The notes: generated from the sequence alone by a model not told the origin. Shown: positions 10,690 through 20,777, counted from the first letter of the stretch. The stretch: 64,000 nt of DNA from Terriglobales bacterium (GCA_963762965.1 CAVXME010000001.1:1314328-1378327), one strand, 5' to 3'. Numbers and translations: made by a program.

Positions 10690-10784
10690 GTTCTCCATTA
10701 ACAGTTAAGCCCCTTCAGCTTCAACATCTTGCAGCATCCCGCGCGCCCAATCCTCACAAAACAGGTAGAATCAAAGATTCGACT

Positions 10785-11321
10785 ATGCAGGATGTCCGTC
10801 GTGGACTGATCATCGTGAATACCGGCCCCGGCAAGGGTAAAACCACGGCCGCCATGGGAACGGCTTTGCGCGCCGTCGGCCAGGGCATGCGCGTCCTGAT
10901 GCTGCAATTTCTGAAAGGGTCGTGGCACTACGGCGAACTGGACGCAGTCAAGGCTTTTGGCGACAAGTTCGTCATGAAGCAGATGGGCCGCGGCTTCGTG
11001 AAGGTCGGGACGGAAAAGCCCGATCCCGAAGATGTGCGGATGGTCGAAGAAGCCTGGGCCGAAGGTGAAAAGGCGATCCAATCCGGCGAGTGGGATTTGG
11101 TCATACTCGATGAAATCAATTACGCCATCACTTATGGGATGCTCGATCCAGCGAAGGTAGCCGAAGGGCTGAAGAAGCGGCCGGAGATGGTGCATGTTAT
11201 CTTGACGGGGCGCAATGCGCATCCGGCAATCGTCGAGCTGGCCGACACCGTGACCGAGATGCGCCAGGTAAAGCACGCGTACGAAAAAGGCGTGATGGCG
11301 CAGCGGGGAATTGAATACTGA
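10785..11321 (+). CDS. cobO: Cob(I)yrinic acid a,c-diamide adenosyltransferase (CobO/BtuR type)
   Basis: GLIIVNTGPGKGKTTAAMG (P-loop), LQFLKG, and ILDEINYA...VILTGR. Confidence 0.85.
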   Translation: MQDVRRGLIIVNTGPGKGKTTAAMGTALRAVGQGMRVLMLQFLKGSWHYGELDAVKAFGDKFVMKQMGRGFVKVGTEKPDPEDVRMVEEAWAEGEKAIQSGEWDLVILDEINYAITYGMLDPAKVAEGLKKRPEMVHVILTGRNAHPAIVELADTVTEMRQVKHAYEKGVMAQRGIEY

Positions 11322-11324
11322 AGG

Positions 11325-11424
11325 CGTCGTTGGTCCTTGGTCGTGCATCGTTGGCCAATAGCCGAAGACCTGAGACCTGTGGGAAGTAGATTGGGCCAAC
11401 GACCAAGGACGAACGACCAACGAC
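11325..11424. repeat. Heptamer-periodic inverted repeat (GTCGTTG/CAACGAC units), same family as 4528-4605
   Basis: The arms are cgtcgttggtccttggtcgtgcatcgttggcc (11325-11356) and ggccaacgaccaaggacgaacgaccaacgac (11394-11424). The spacer itself contains gaagacc tgagacc. The element ends 8 nt before the accD ATG. Confidence 0.85.
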
Positions 11425-11431
11425 TGTTCTT

Positions 11432-12301
11432 ATGACATGGTTTAAACGAGAATCCGGCGAGTTGGACACTTCGGGCGAGAAGAAAGTCCGTACTGAGGGA
11501 CTTTGGATCAAGTGTGAAAGCTGCCGCCAGATCATCTGGAAAAAAGATATTGAAGATAATCTGAACGTTTGTCCAAAGTGCGACAAGCATTTTCGCATCG
11601 ACGCCCGCACCCGGCTGGCGCAGCTTCTCGACGACAATCAATATGAAGTGTTCGACGCCGATTTGTGTTCCACCGACCCGCTGAAATTCGTAGATCTCAA
11701 GGCCTACTCGTCGCGCTTGAAGCAGGCGCAAGAAGACACGGGCTTAAACGATGCCATCATCAACGCTCGCGGCAAGCTGAACGGCCGCCCAGTGATAGTT
11801 AGCGCAATGGAATACGCATTCATTGGCGGAAGCATGGGGGCGGTGGTAGGTGAAGCCATTACCAGGGCAGTGGAAGAAGCGACGGCTAGCAAGACTCCAG
11901 TCGTGATTGTTTCGGCTTCCGGCGGGGCGCGCATGATGGAAGGCGTGGTCAGCCTGATGCAGCTGGCGAAAATTTCGGCGGCGCTCGCTCGTTTGGATGA
12001 AGCCAAGGTACCTTACATTTCCGTGCTGACCGATCCGACGACTGGCGGGGTTACGGCCTCGTTTGCGATGTTGGGTGATTTGAATATTGCTGAGCCAGGG
12101 GCGTTGATCGGATTCGCCGGGCCTCGCGTCATTGAGCAGACCATCCGGCAGAAATTGCCACAAGGTTTTCAGCGCAGCGAATTTCTGCTGGAACACGGCA
12201 TGCTGGACGCAGTGGTACACCGCAAAGAGATGAAAGCCTATATCTCCAGGGCTCTGGATTTTATGCAGCCGTCAGCGGTCAGCTCTCAGCTGTCAGCTTG
12301 A
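11432..12301 (+). CDS. accD: Acetyl-CoA carboxylase carboxyltransferase subunit beta
   Basis: An N-terminal zinc ribbon (CESCRQ...CPKCDKHFR) is followed by the carboxyltransferase domain. The last 9 codons (SAVSSQLSA) are encoded by a heptamer array. Confidence 0.93.
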   Translation: MTWFKRESGELDTSGEKKVRTEGLWIKCESCRQIIWKKDIEDNLNVCPKCDKHFRIDARTRLAQLLDDNQYEVFDADLCSTDPLKFVDLKAYSSRLKQAQEDTGLNDAIINARGKLNGRPVIVSAMEYAFIGGSMGAVVGEAITRAVEEATASKTPVVIVSASGGARMMEGVVSLMQLAKISAALARLDEAKVPYISVLTDPTTGGVTASFAMLGDLNIAEPGALIGFAGPRVIEQTIRQKLPQGFQRSEFLLEHGMLDAVVHRKEMKAYISRALDFMQPSAVSSQLSA

Positions 12302-12412
12302 ACCCTTTCCTTCTCCGCTCGGAATGGTTATTTCCTCATTCAATGTAGGGTGCTGGCGGGTTCTTCCTCCTAAGCGCAAACTGATAATCTTAAGCTGAGA
12401 GCCGAGAGCCGA
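12271..12412. repeat. Heptamer-periodic inverted repeat pair (TCAGCTN units) spanning the accD-folC junction
   Basis: The left arm gtcagcggtcagctctcagctgtcagctt (12271-12299) includes the accD stop codon. The right arm is aagctgagagccgagagccga (12392-12412). The spacer is 92 nt. Confidence 0.8.
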
Positions 12413-12414
12413 TC

Positions 12415-13761
12415 TTGTCCTACCAAGCCGCCATAGAACGCATGTACGCGCTGGGTCACGAGCTGACGCACACGCCATCGCAGAAGTTCGACCTTGCACA
12501 CATGCGGGTGCTGCTCGGTGCTCTGAACAATCCTGAACGGCGGTTTCCAGGCGTATTGATTGCGGGAACCAACGGCAAAGGATCCACCGCAGCCACGTTG
12601 GCCTCTATCCTCCAAGCCTCGGGTTTGCGCATTGGCCTGTACACCTCGCCGCATCTGGTGCGAATCAACGAACGGATCCGGATCAATGGCGAGCCAATCA
12701 CCGACGACGAGTTTGCGCTGCTCCACGAGGTGGTGGATCGCACCGCTGAACGGCTGGTGAGTGAAGGCGACTTGCCGTGGCATCCCAGCTTTTTCGAGAT
12801 GCTTACAGCCATGGCGTTTGAATACTTCGCGCAAAAGAAAGTCGAAATCGCCGTGCTCGAAGTCGGGATGGGCGGGCGGCTCGATGCAACCAATGTAATT
12901 GAACCACTGGTGAGTGTCATCACCGATATTTCGCTCGATCACCAGAAGTTTCTGGGCGACACCGTGACCGAGATCGCGCGCGAAAAGGCTGGCATCATTC
13001 GACCGAGAGGAGTGGTCGTGACCTTGCCCCAGCAGCCCCAGGCCAATGACGTGATCGGCAATACGATCCTGGACTTAGGGGCGAGAGGCGTCAGCGCCGT
13101 TCCTTACGTGCCGCCGGTTTCTCCTGCAAGTGCGCAATATTTTGAAAGCAATTTAACTCGGCCTGTTTCCCGCTATCCCATGCACTTCTTGGGAAAAGAA
13201 ATTAAAGTCGAAACTCCACTGGTGGGCCGGCATCAATTCAGAAACGTTGCGCTGGCGCTGGCGGCGGCAGAGGAATTGAGCAAACAAGGATTTCCTATCA
13301 CTCCAGAATCAACCGAGCGCGGCATTCGGGAGACCCGCTGGCCGGGGCGATTTCAGGTCATTCCCGTCCGCGATGGCTCTCCCGAGTACGTGCTGGACGT
13401 GGCCCACAATCCAGCTGGGGCATGGGCGTTGCGCTCGACCCTATCGACCGCCTTTGAAGACCGGCGTCTGATATTCGTTTTCGGCGCGATGCGCGACAAA
13501 GCGATCGGAGAAATCGCCGAGATCCTGTTTCCGCTGGCCGAGCGCGTGATTACGACACAAGCGGATAACCCGCGGTCGGCTACTGCGGAAGAAATCCGCG
13601 AGGCCGCGGCGCGCATCTCAACTGAGATAGAAAACGCGCCGGATGTACCCGCAGCTTTGGAACGGGCGCGCACCCTGGCTGGCGTGGATGGCGTGGTCGT
13701 TATAACGGGTTCGATATACATTGTAGGTGAGGCGATGCGGACTTTAGGAGTAGAGGTTTAG
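12415..13761 (+). CDS. folC: Bifunctional folylpolyglutamate synthase / dihydrofolate synthase
   Basis: IAGTNGKGST is the Mur-ligase P-loop, and the accD-folC order matches E. coli. The TTG start at 12415 is uncertain; the next ATG is at 12442. Confidence 0.88.
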   Translation: MSYQAAIERMYALGHELTHTPSQKFDLAHMRVLLGALNNPERRFPGVLIAGTNGKGSTAATLASILQASGLRIGLYTSPHLVRINERIRINGEPITDDEFALLHEVVDRTAERLVSEGDLPWHPSFFEMLTAMAFEYFAQKKVEIAVLEVGMGGRLDATNVIEPLVSVITDISLDHQKFLGDTVTEIAREKAGIIRPRGVVVTLPQQPQANDVIGNTILDLGARGVSAVPYVPPVSPASAQYFESNLTRPVSRYPMHFLGKEIKVETPLVGRHQFRNVALALAAAEELSKQGFPITPESTERGIRETRWPGRFQVIPVRDGSPEYVLDVAHNPAGAWALRSTLSTAFEDRRLIFVFGAMRDKAIGEIAEILFPLAERVITTQADNPRSATAEEIREAAARISTEIENAPDVPAALERARTLAGVDGVVVITGSIYIVGEAMRTLGVEV

Positions 13762-13768
13762 TAGTTTT

Positions 13769-14608
13769 ATGCAGGAAGTGAACGCATCAATCGAAAGCAA
13801 CGTCGAAGAGAACCCAATACTCTCGCCGCACGCCGCAGAGACCAGAGACCCGAGACCGGTGAAAGTCTATGGCTGGGGCAGCCGCCTGCGCTCCTACTTT
13901 ATTTTCGATCCGCTAATCTGGCTGGTCACGGTTGTTCTTGGAATTATTTCGATCCCCGTTTCGTTGTTTGGCGAGAAGACCCGCATCCTGCATAATTTTG
14001 CGCGTTTCTGGTCGCAACTGATCATGAAGACGATCCTCTCACCCGTCACCGTAACCGGGCTGGACAAGGTCGACACCTCGAAGCCGCTGGTCTATGCGGT
14101 CAACCATGCTTCGGCGCTCGATATTCCGGTGCTGTATGTGGACCTGCCGTTTCAATTCCGTATTGTCTTCAAAAAAGAATTGCTGGCTTATCCGATCGTG
14201 GGATGGCATCTCAAGCGCTCGGGCCAGATCTGCATTAATCAGCAGAACCCGGCGGGATCGATTGGAAGCATTCGTTCGGCGGTGAAAAGTTTGAAGAGTG
14301 GCATGCCGCTGGTGATTTTCCCGGAAGGTGGACGCTCACCGGACGGCAAAATTATGCCATTCTTACCCGGAGCTTTTTTCATGGCCATCAAGGCCCAGGT
14401 GGATGTCGTACCTGTTGCACTCGTCGGAACTTATGAAGTGCTGCCCATGGATACGTACCACATCAAGCCTCGCCCTCTGGAAATGAGAGTGGGCAAGCCG
14501 ATTTCGACCGCAGGCATGACATTGCGCGATATGGGTGTGCTATCTGAGAAAGTGCAGAAAGCGCTGGAAGGTTTGTACTACGAAGCGAACGTTCCCAGCG
14601 CAAACTAA
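13769..14608 (+). CDS. 1-acyl-sn-glycerol-3-phosphate acyltransferase family protein
   Basis: The HX4D motif is NHASALD, and FPEGGRSPDG is also present. There is an N-terminal TM segment. Codons 23-30 (AETRDPRP) are encoded by the heptamer array cagagaccagagacccgagaccg (13836-13858). Confidence 0.85.
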   Translation: MQEVNASIESNVEENPILSPHAAETRDPRPVKVYGWGSRLRSYFIFDPLIWLVTVVLGIISIPVSLFGEKTRILHNFARFWSQLIMKTILSPVTVTGLDKVDTSKPLVYAVNHASALDIPVLYVDLPFQFRIVFKKELLAYPIVGWHLKRSGQICINQQNPAGSIGSIRSAVKSLKSGMPLVIFPEGGRSPDGKIMPFLPGAFFMAIKAQVDVVPVALVGTYEVLPMDTYHIKPRPLEMRVGKPISTAGMTLRDMGVLSEKVQKALEGLYYEANVPSAN

Positions 14609-15063
14609 GGCAGCGTGAAATTTACTGTGACTGCAGTTTGAACTTCCACTGGCTCACCATTGAGGATGTAACGTTTATAGCGCCACTGCTTGACCGCGTC
14701 GAGAGCGGCTTGATTCAGGAGAGGATCTCCGCTAATAACCTGGAGATCTTTGATTGTTCCCTCCTTGCTGATGATCGCTACTAAGACAACCGCACCTTGG
14801 ACCTTGTCTTTGAGAGCTAGGCTCGGATAAATCGGTTCCACCCTGTGAATTACCAGCCCTTGCGTCACACTCTGCGGCACGCGAACTGTATTGGCCGGCA
14901 GCGTACCGAGAATCTCGTCGTCAGGCTTGGCACTCGTTGCCGTTCCTCTAACCTTCCGGGGCTGACTGCTCGCGCCAGGGGCCGTCGCTGCATTCTGCGC
15001 CCACAGCGTCCCAACCAAAACGGCAGCGCAGATGGCATATCTGATTGGCGACATGCGCGTCAT
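14605..15063 (-). CDS. Secreted TonB C-terminal domain protein
   Basis: A signal peptide is followed by VEPIYPSLALKDKVQGAVVL...QWRYKRYILNGEPVEVQTAVTVNFTLP. This is clearly paralogous to the C-terminus of TonB at 27884..28606. Confidence 0.8.
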   Translation of the reverse strand: MTRMSPIRYAICAAVLVGTLWAQNAATAPGASSQPRKVRGTATSAKPDDEILGTLPANTVRVPQSVTQGLVIHRVEPIYPSLALKDKVQGAVVLVAIISKEGTIKDLQVISGDPLLNQAALDAVKQWRYKRYILNGEPVEVQTAVTVNFTLP

Positions 15064-15150
15064 TCTACAACCTCTGAACTAAAGCGCAAGTCTAGCCCCC
15101 GATTTGAAGAACCGCCCCCTGCTTGTGCATAATCCTTGCGGCGGACTCAT

Positions 15151-16947
15151 ATGAAAACCATCGCAGTTGCGGTTTTGTGTTTCACTCTTACTATGGTTCT
15201 TAAAGCCCAAACTACCAGCAAGCCTACTGTCGCGGATGCGGAAGCGTTCATGAAGCAGGCGGAGGCGCGCCTCTCCGAACTTAGCATCGTCGTGAATCAC
15301 GCCAGTTGGGTGCAGTCCAATTTCATCACTTTCGATACCGAGGCCCTGGCTTCGGACGCGCTCGATCGAAACACTGCCCTGACGACGGAACTGATTGAGC
15401 AGGCCAAACGCTTCGATGGGCTGACCATGCCGCCGGACCTCGCGCGGAAATTCAAATTGCTGCGACTCTCGCTGGTCGCTCCTGCCCCCAAAGACCCGGC
15501 CCTGCGCCGGGAGTTGACCGAAATCGGCACGTCGCTTGAAGCCGATTACGGTAAAGGCAAGTATTGCCCCAAACCGGATGACTGTCTCGACATCACGGCG
15601 ATTGAACGCATCATGTCCACCAGCCGCGATCCCAATCAGCTGCTCGATGTGTGGAAGGGATGGCACGCGATTGGTCCTCCCATGCGCCAGCGCTACGCGC
15701 GATTCGTCGAGCTCTCAAACCAGGGCGCGCGCGAAATGGGATTCAAAGACACCGGCGCATTGTGGCGTTCCGGCTACGACATGCCGCCCGATGATTTCAG
15801 CGCAGATCTGGAGCGGCTGTGGCAGCAGGTGCGTCCGTTGTATCTTTCGCTGCACACCTATGTTCGCGCTCGGCTGGTGCAAAAATATGGAGCATTGATA
15901 GTCCCGCCGGATGGGCCGATTCCCGCGCATCTGTTGGGAAATCCCTGGGCGCAGCAGTGGGGCGATGTTTACCCGATTCTTGGTTTGCCGGAAAATAATC
16001 AGAGTTTTGATCTGACCGAACTGCTGAAAGCCAAGAAACTGGATGCCAAGGGCATGGTGCGTTATGGCGAGGGCTTTTTCACCTCGATGGGGTTCGCTCC
16101 CCTGCCGCAGACTTTCTGGGAGCGGTCACTGTTCACCAAGCCCGCCGATCGCGATGTGGTCTGCCACGCCAGCGCCTGGGACCTTGATAATCAGGACGAT
16201 CTTCGCATCAAGATGTGCATTCAGGTCCGCGACGTGGATTTTGTTACCGTCCATCACGAACTGGGGCACAATTTTTATCAGCGCGCTTATAAACACCAGC
16301 CTTATCTTTTCCAGAATGGCGCCAACGACGGATTTCACGAAGCCATCGGCGATACCATCGCGCTGGCGATTACTCCGGAGTATCTGAACAAAGTCGGACT
16401 GTTGGACAAAGTTCCGTCCGCTGACAACGACATTCCGCAGTTGCTTGAGCAGGCGCTCGATCGGGTGGCTTTTCTGCCGTTTGGATTGCTGATTGATCAG
16501 TGGCGCTGGAAAGTTTTCTCCGGAGAAATCAAACCTGCCGACTACAACAAATCCTGGTGGGAGTTGCGCCGGAAATATCAGGGCGTCGCGCCGCCAATCG
16601 AACGCAGCGAAGCCGATTTCGATCCCGGCGCCAAGTATCATGTGGCCGCCAACGTTCCCTATACACGCTATTTCTTGGCGCACATCCTCGAATTCCAGTT
16701 CTATCGTTCGCTATGCCACGCCGCCGGACAGACGGGCCCTCTGAATCGCTGCACGTTTTTCGGATCGAAAGAAGCCGGAGCGAAATTCAACAAGATGCTG
16801 GAAATGGGCCAAAGCAAACCGTGGCCAGACGCGCTCGAAGCCGCGACCGGAGAACGTCAGGTAGATGCCAGCGCCATCCTGGAATACTTCGCTCCGTTGC
16901 AGAAATGGCTGGACGAGCAGAACAAAGGACAGAAAGTCGGCTGGTAG
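15151..16947 (+). CDS. Peptidase M2 family (peptidyl-dipeptidase A / ACE-like)
   Basis: The motifs are HHELGHNFYQ (HEXXH) plus the downstream FHEAIGDT, typical of M2. ATG at 15151 gives the signal peptide MKTIAVAVLCFTL. Confidence 0.85.
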   Translation: MKTIAVAVLCFTLTMVLKAQTTSKPTVADAEAFMKQAEARLSELSIVVNHASWVQSNFITFDTEALASDALDRNTALTTELIEQAKRFDGLTMPPDLARKFKLLRLSLVAPAPKDPALRRELTEIGTSLEADYGKGKYCPKPDDCLDITAIERIMSTSRDPNQLLDVWKGWHAIGPPMRQRYARFVELSNQGAREMGFKDTGALWRSGYDMPPDDFSADLERLWQQVRPLYLSLHTYVRARLVQKYGALIVPPDGPIPAHLLGNPWAQQWGDVYPILGLPENNQSFDLTELLKAKKLDAKGMVRYGEGFFTSMGFAPLPQTFWERSLFTKPADRDVVCHASAWDLDNQDDLRIKMCIQVRDVDFVTVHHELGHNFYQRAYKHQPYLFQNGANDGFHEAIGDTIALAITPEYLNKVGLLDKVPSADNDIPQLLEQALDRVAFLPFGLLIDQWRWKVFSGEIKPADYNKSWWELRRKYQGVAPPIERSEADFDPGAKYHVAANVPYTRYFLAHILEFQFYRSLCHAAGQTGPLNRCTFFGSKEAGAKFNKMLEMGQSKPWPDALEAATGERQVDASAILEYFAPLQKWLDEQNKGQKVGW

Positions 16948-16975
16948 ATTTGGCCCAAAATCAATGCTCTAAGTG

Positions 16976-17206
16976 CTAGGCGATACGAGAGCGGTTGATT
17001 TCGCTTTTCGGATTCAGTCGGTGTGGCAGGGATGGATTCGGGGCTCGTTCAGACAAAATGTTGGGTATCGGATTGTTGAATGTGTGTTGGTCGCACACTA
17101 ATTCTTCATGTCCGTCGTCAATTTCTAAAATAGTTGCGAGACGGCTACATACGTGAGCGCACAAATCTTTGCCAACTTGGTCGAGAGGAATTCGATAATA
17201 CTGCAT
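16976..17206 (-). CDS. Orphan hypothetical protein (76 aa), doubtful
   Basis: ATG at 17206 has GGGAGA ~12 nt upstream. The product is MQYYRIPLDQVGKDLCAHVCSRLATILEIDDGHEELVCDQ... No family was recognised. It sits in a visibly AT-richer 400-bp gap. Confidence 0.25.
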   Translation of the reverse strand: MQYYRIPLDQVGKDLCAHVCSRLATILEIDDGHEELVCDQHTFNNPIPNILSERAPNPSLPHRLNPKSEINRSRIA

Positions 17207-17351
17207 AACTCTTGGTTTTCTCCCACCCACAACGCTACGCAGCCTACGAGCAATCTTCAAGTACTCGGTGGTGTTCGTTTTGGGCTGCTGGTTTGACCCT
17301 CCCCATTCCGTCCCATAAACTTAAAAGATTCAGTAGGGTACAGATAATCCT

Positions 17352-19298
17352 ATGGCAGACAGCATTCATGTGAAGCTCCCCGATGGGAGCGTTAAGGAAG
17401 TCCCCAACGGCACTACTGCGCTCGACATCGCGAAATCCATCGGCTCGCGGTTGGCGGATGCCGCACTGGCCGCGAAAGCCGACGGCACTCTGATCGACCT
17501 GACTCGGCCCCTGGAAAAAGACACGGATCTCCGCATCCTCACCGAAAAAGATCCGGAGTCGCTGGAAGTTTTTCGTCATTCGTCGGCGCACTTGCTGGCT
17601 GCCGCCGTGCTTGAATTGTTTCCCGAGACCAAACTTGGGCACGGTCCGGCGACCGAGAGCGGATTCTTTTACGACTTCTACCGTCCAACCCCGTTTACTC
17701 CGGAGGATTTGGAGAAGCTCGAAAAAAAGATGCAGGAGTTGGTGCAACAGAACCTGCCTTACGCGCGCGAATTTCTGCTTCGCGAGCAGGGTCTTGAGGA
17801 ATTTAAAAAAGACGGCGACTTCATGAAGTGCCATTTCATCGAGCAATTCACCAAGCCCGACGAAAAGATTTCCATTTATCGCACCGGCAAGTTCACCGAC
17901 TTCTGCCGCGGCCCGCATATCCCGTCCACGGGAAAAATCAAAGCCTTCAAGCTGTTCAATATTGCGGGCGCGTATTGGCTGGGGAAAGAAGGAAATCCGC
18001 AGCTCCAGCGCATCTACGGGACCTCCTTCTACTCGAAAAAAGATCTCGACGAGTATCTCAAACAGCAGGAAGAAACCAAGAAGCGCGACCATCGAGTGCT
18101 GGGACAGCAGCTCGATTTATTTTCCATCCAGGAGTTGGCCGGACCGGGGCTGATTTTCTGGCATCCCAAAGGCGGGATCATCCGCAAAGAAATGGAAGAC
18201 TGGATGCGCGAGGAGTACATCAAGCGCGGTTACTCGCTGGTCTATACGCCGCATGTGGCGCGGCGGCAGTTGTGGCAGACTTCAGGCCACGAAGGCTACT
18301 ACGCGGAAAATATGTTCGACGTCATGGAACTCGACGACGCCGAATACCGCATGAAGCCCATGAATTGCCCGTTCCATATCTTGATTTACAAGGATTCGCT
18401 GAAGTCTTATCGCGACTTGCCAGTGCGGCTGGGTGAGTTGGGGACCGTGTATCGCTATGAGCGCTCCGGCGTGATGCACGGGCTATTGCGCGTACGCGGC
18501 TTTACCCAGGACGACGCCCATATTTTCTGCACTCCAGAACAGATTGAAGATGAAGTCATCGGCTGCATCGATTTCGCTCTGGATGTGTTGAAGGATTTCG
18601 GCTTCGAGAAATTCCAGGTCGAACTTTCCACCTGGGACCCCAACGACCGCAAGAATTTCGTGGGTAGCGAAGAGCAATGGAACATGGCGACGGCCTCGCT
18701 GGAAAATGTGCTGAAAAAGCGGGGCATCGAATATAAGACCATTCCCGGCGAAGCTGCGTTCTACGGTCCCAAAATTGATGTGAAGCTCGTCGACGCGATC
18801 GGACGCCTCTGGCAGCTTTCGACCGTGCAATTCGATTTCAATTTGCCGCAGCGCTTCAATCTGGAATACGTGTCGGAAGACGGCTCGCGCAAACAGCCGC
18901 TGATGGTGCATCGTGCGCTCTATGGATCGGTCGAGCGCTTCTTCGGCGTGTTGATAGAGCACTACGCAGGCGCGTTTCCGGTGTGGCTCTCGCCAGTGCA
19001 GGCGGTGATGATTCCCATCGCCGAGCGCCATGTGGAATATGCCAACAAGGTCGCTGCGCAATTGAAAGAAGCTGGCGTGCGTGTGCATGTTGACGGCCGC
19101 AACGAAAAGATGAACGCCAAAATCCGCGAGCACGCCATGCAGAAGGTGCCATTCTTGCTTGTGGTTGGCGATAAAGAATCTGAGGCGGGCAGAGTGAACG
19201 TTCGTATTCGAGGTAAAGAAAAGACGGAAGATATGCCGGCTGCCGAATTCGTGGAGAAGATTAAGCAGTTGATTGCGAGCAAAAGTCCTCGGCTCTAG
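17352..19298 (+). CDS. thrS: Threonine--tRNA ligase
   Basis: Full-length 648 aa. It has a TGS N-terminus (IHVKLPDGSVKEV), an editing domain (HSSAHLL), a class II core (FRYERSG.., HRALYGSVERF) and an anticodon-binding C-terminus. Confidence 0.97.
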   Translation: MADSIHVKLPDGSVKEVPNGTTALDIAKSIGSRLADAALAAKADGTLIDLTRPLEKDTDLRILTEKDPESLEVFRHSSAHLLAAAVLELFPETKLGHGPATESGFFYDFYRPTPFTPEDLEKLEKKMQELVQQNLPYAREFLLREQGLEEFKKDGDFMKCHFIEQFTKPDEKISIYRTGKFTDFCRGPHIPSTGKIKAFKLFNIAGAYWLGKEGNPQLQRIYGTSFYSKKDLDEYLKQQEETKKRDHRVLGQQLDLFSIQELAGPGLIFWHPKGGIIRKEMEDWMREEYIKRGYSLVYTPHVARRQLWQTSGHEGYYAENMFDVMELDDAEYRMKPMNCPFHILIYKDSLKSYRDLPVRLGELGTVYRYERSGVMHGLLRVRGFTQDDAHIFCTPEQIEDEVIGCIDFALDVLKDFGFEKFQVELSTWDPNDRKNFVGSEEQWNMATASLENVLKKRGIEYKTIPGEAAFYGPKIDVKLVDAIGRLWQLSTVQFDFNLPQRFNLEYVSEDGSRKQPLMVHRALYGSVERFFGVLIEHYAGAFPVWLSPVQAVMIPIAERHVEYANKVAAQLKEAGVRVHVDGRNEKMNAKIREHAMQKVPFLLVVGDKESEAGRVNVRIRGKEKTEDMPAAEFVEKIKQLIASKSPRL

Positions 19299-19504
19299 CG
19301 TTATTGGGAGCATTCTTTGCCCCAACAGACCAATTTTTTAACAATTCTTAGCAATCTGCTCACACTCGTACGCAATCCGAAACCCCACATCCCCATGCCT
19401 TCGGTAACTTTTTGACCGTCTGCTTCCCGTGTAATCTTCACTGAGCAAGTAGTCCTGCTGATTTCCCTGGGCCCCAATCATTAGGTTTTAAGGAACGCTA
19501 TTCT

Positions 19505-20707
19505 ATGGCTTCTCCTGCGAATCCCGGCGCCAATAGCGCCGTTCCCGCTGCATCTTCAGGTGCTGCGGTTGCTGTTGCACCGGCGCCAATTTCTACTCCA
19601 GCTCTGCTCACCACCATGCTGAACAGTTCTCCGAGCATTAGCGATTTATTTTTCTCGCCGGGGAAACCGCCATTGGTGGAGATCAACGGAAAACTGGCCA
19701 TGGCTGGCGTGGCCCGGCCAGTCACGTCGGACGACATAAAGAAGATTGCCGCCGACCTGATGGGCAATAGCGAGCACGCCGCTGCCGCCCTCAAGGAACT
19801 GGGGTCCTGTGACGTTTCCTACAGCCTGCCGGGTGTGGCGCGGTTTCGCGTGAACATTTTTATGCAGCGGGGCACCTGCGCCATCGTGATGCGGGTCATT
19901 CCCGGCAAGATCCCCGATTTCCACGCGTTGAATTTGCCCGATGAACTGGCGGAAGTTGTGAATCTTCGCAATGGAGTGGTCCTGGTGACGGGGCCAACGG
20001 GTTCGGGAAAGTCCTCCACGCTGGCCGCCATTATTGACCGTGTGAACCGCGAGCAGTCTTATCACATTCTCACTATTGAAGATCCTATCGAGTTCCTGCA
20101 CATTCACCGGAATTGTGTGATCCATCAGCGGGAACTGCATCGCGACACCCCGAGTTTTGCCCTGGCCTTGCGGGCGGCTTTGCGACAGGCCCCGAAGGTC
20201 ATCATGGTCGGAGAAATGCGCGACAAAGAGACCATCGAAATCGCTATGGAGGCCGCGGAAACCGGCCACCTGGTCCTGTCCACGCTGCATACCATCGATG
20301 CCTCAAAGACGATCGAACGCATTGTCGGCGTTTTCCCCATGGTCGAGCAGAATACGATTCGCAATCGCCTGGCCAAGAGTTTCCGCTACATCGTTTCGCA
20401 GCGGCTGATTCCGCGCAAAGATGGAACAGGTCGAATCGCCGCGATCGAGATTCTAAAATCCACTCTGCGCACCCGGGAATATGTAGAAAAGGGTGAAGGC
20501 GAAGGCAAGACGCTGCTGGATGCCATGCGAGTCGGCGGCCAGGAAGGTATGCAGCATTTCGATGGCGAAATCGAGAAATTCATTCGTGCCGGCGTGATCG
20601 ACATGGAAACCGGCATGAATTACGCCACCAATCCCGGCAATATGCGGCTGGAGATGGCGGATTTTGTCGCCGAAAAGCCCGCCGAGCTCGAACCCGCTCC
20701 AGCGTAA
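19505..20707 (+). CDS. pilT: Type IV pilus twitching-motility ATPase PilT family
   Basis: Walker A is GPTGSGKSST. IEDPIEF, MVGEMRD and the His box LVLSTLHT are also present. The Ala/Pro-rich N-terminal ~37 aa may be non-coding; an alternative ATG is at 19616. Confidence 0.88.
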   Translation: MASPANPGANSAVPAASSGAAVAVAPAPISTPALLTTMLNSSPSISDLFFSPGKPPLVEINGKLAMAGVARPVTSDDIKKIAADLMGNSEHAAAALKELGSCDVSYSLPGVARFRVNIFMQRGTCAIVMRVIPGKIPDFHALNLPDELAEVVNLRNGVVLVTGPTGSGKSSTLAAIIDRVNREQSYHILTIEDPIEFLHIHRNCVIHQRELHRDTPSFALALRAALRQAPKVIMVGEMRDKETIEIAMEAAETGHLVLSTLHTIDASKTIERIVGVFPMVEQNTIRNRLAKSFRYIVSQRLIPRKDGTGRIAAIEILKSTLRTREYVEKGEGEGKTLLDAMRVGGQEGMQHFDGEIEKFIRAGVIDMETGMNYATNPGNMRLEMADFVAEKPAELEPAPA

Positions 20708-20777
20708 CCAAACCAATCACGTGGGCGCGGACGCCTCGTCTGCGCCGCTCATCTGATCTACACTTTCAATCACGTCC

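Noticed and set aside
10586-10784. Cobalamin riboswitch upstream of cobO
   Set aside because: I could not find a B12-box-like core (no GCCACTG-type element). The region is mostly an R1 REP element plus a short promoter-sized gap.
17244-19325. Two ~280-aa minus-strand ORFs (17244..18092, 18483..19325) antisense to thrS
   Set aside because: thrS is full-length and canonical on the plus strand. The antisense translations have no recognisable motifs.
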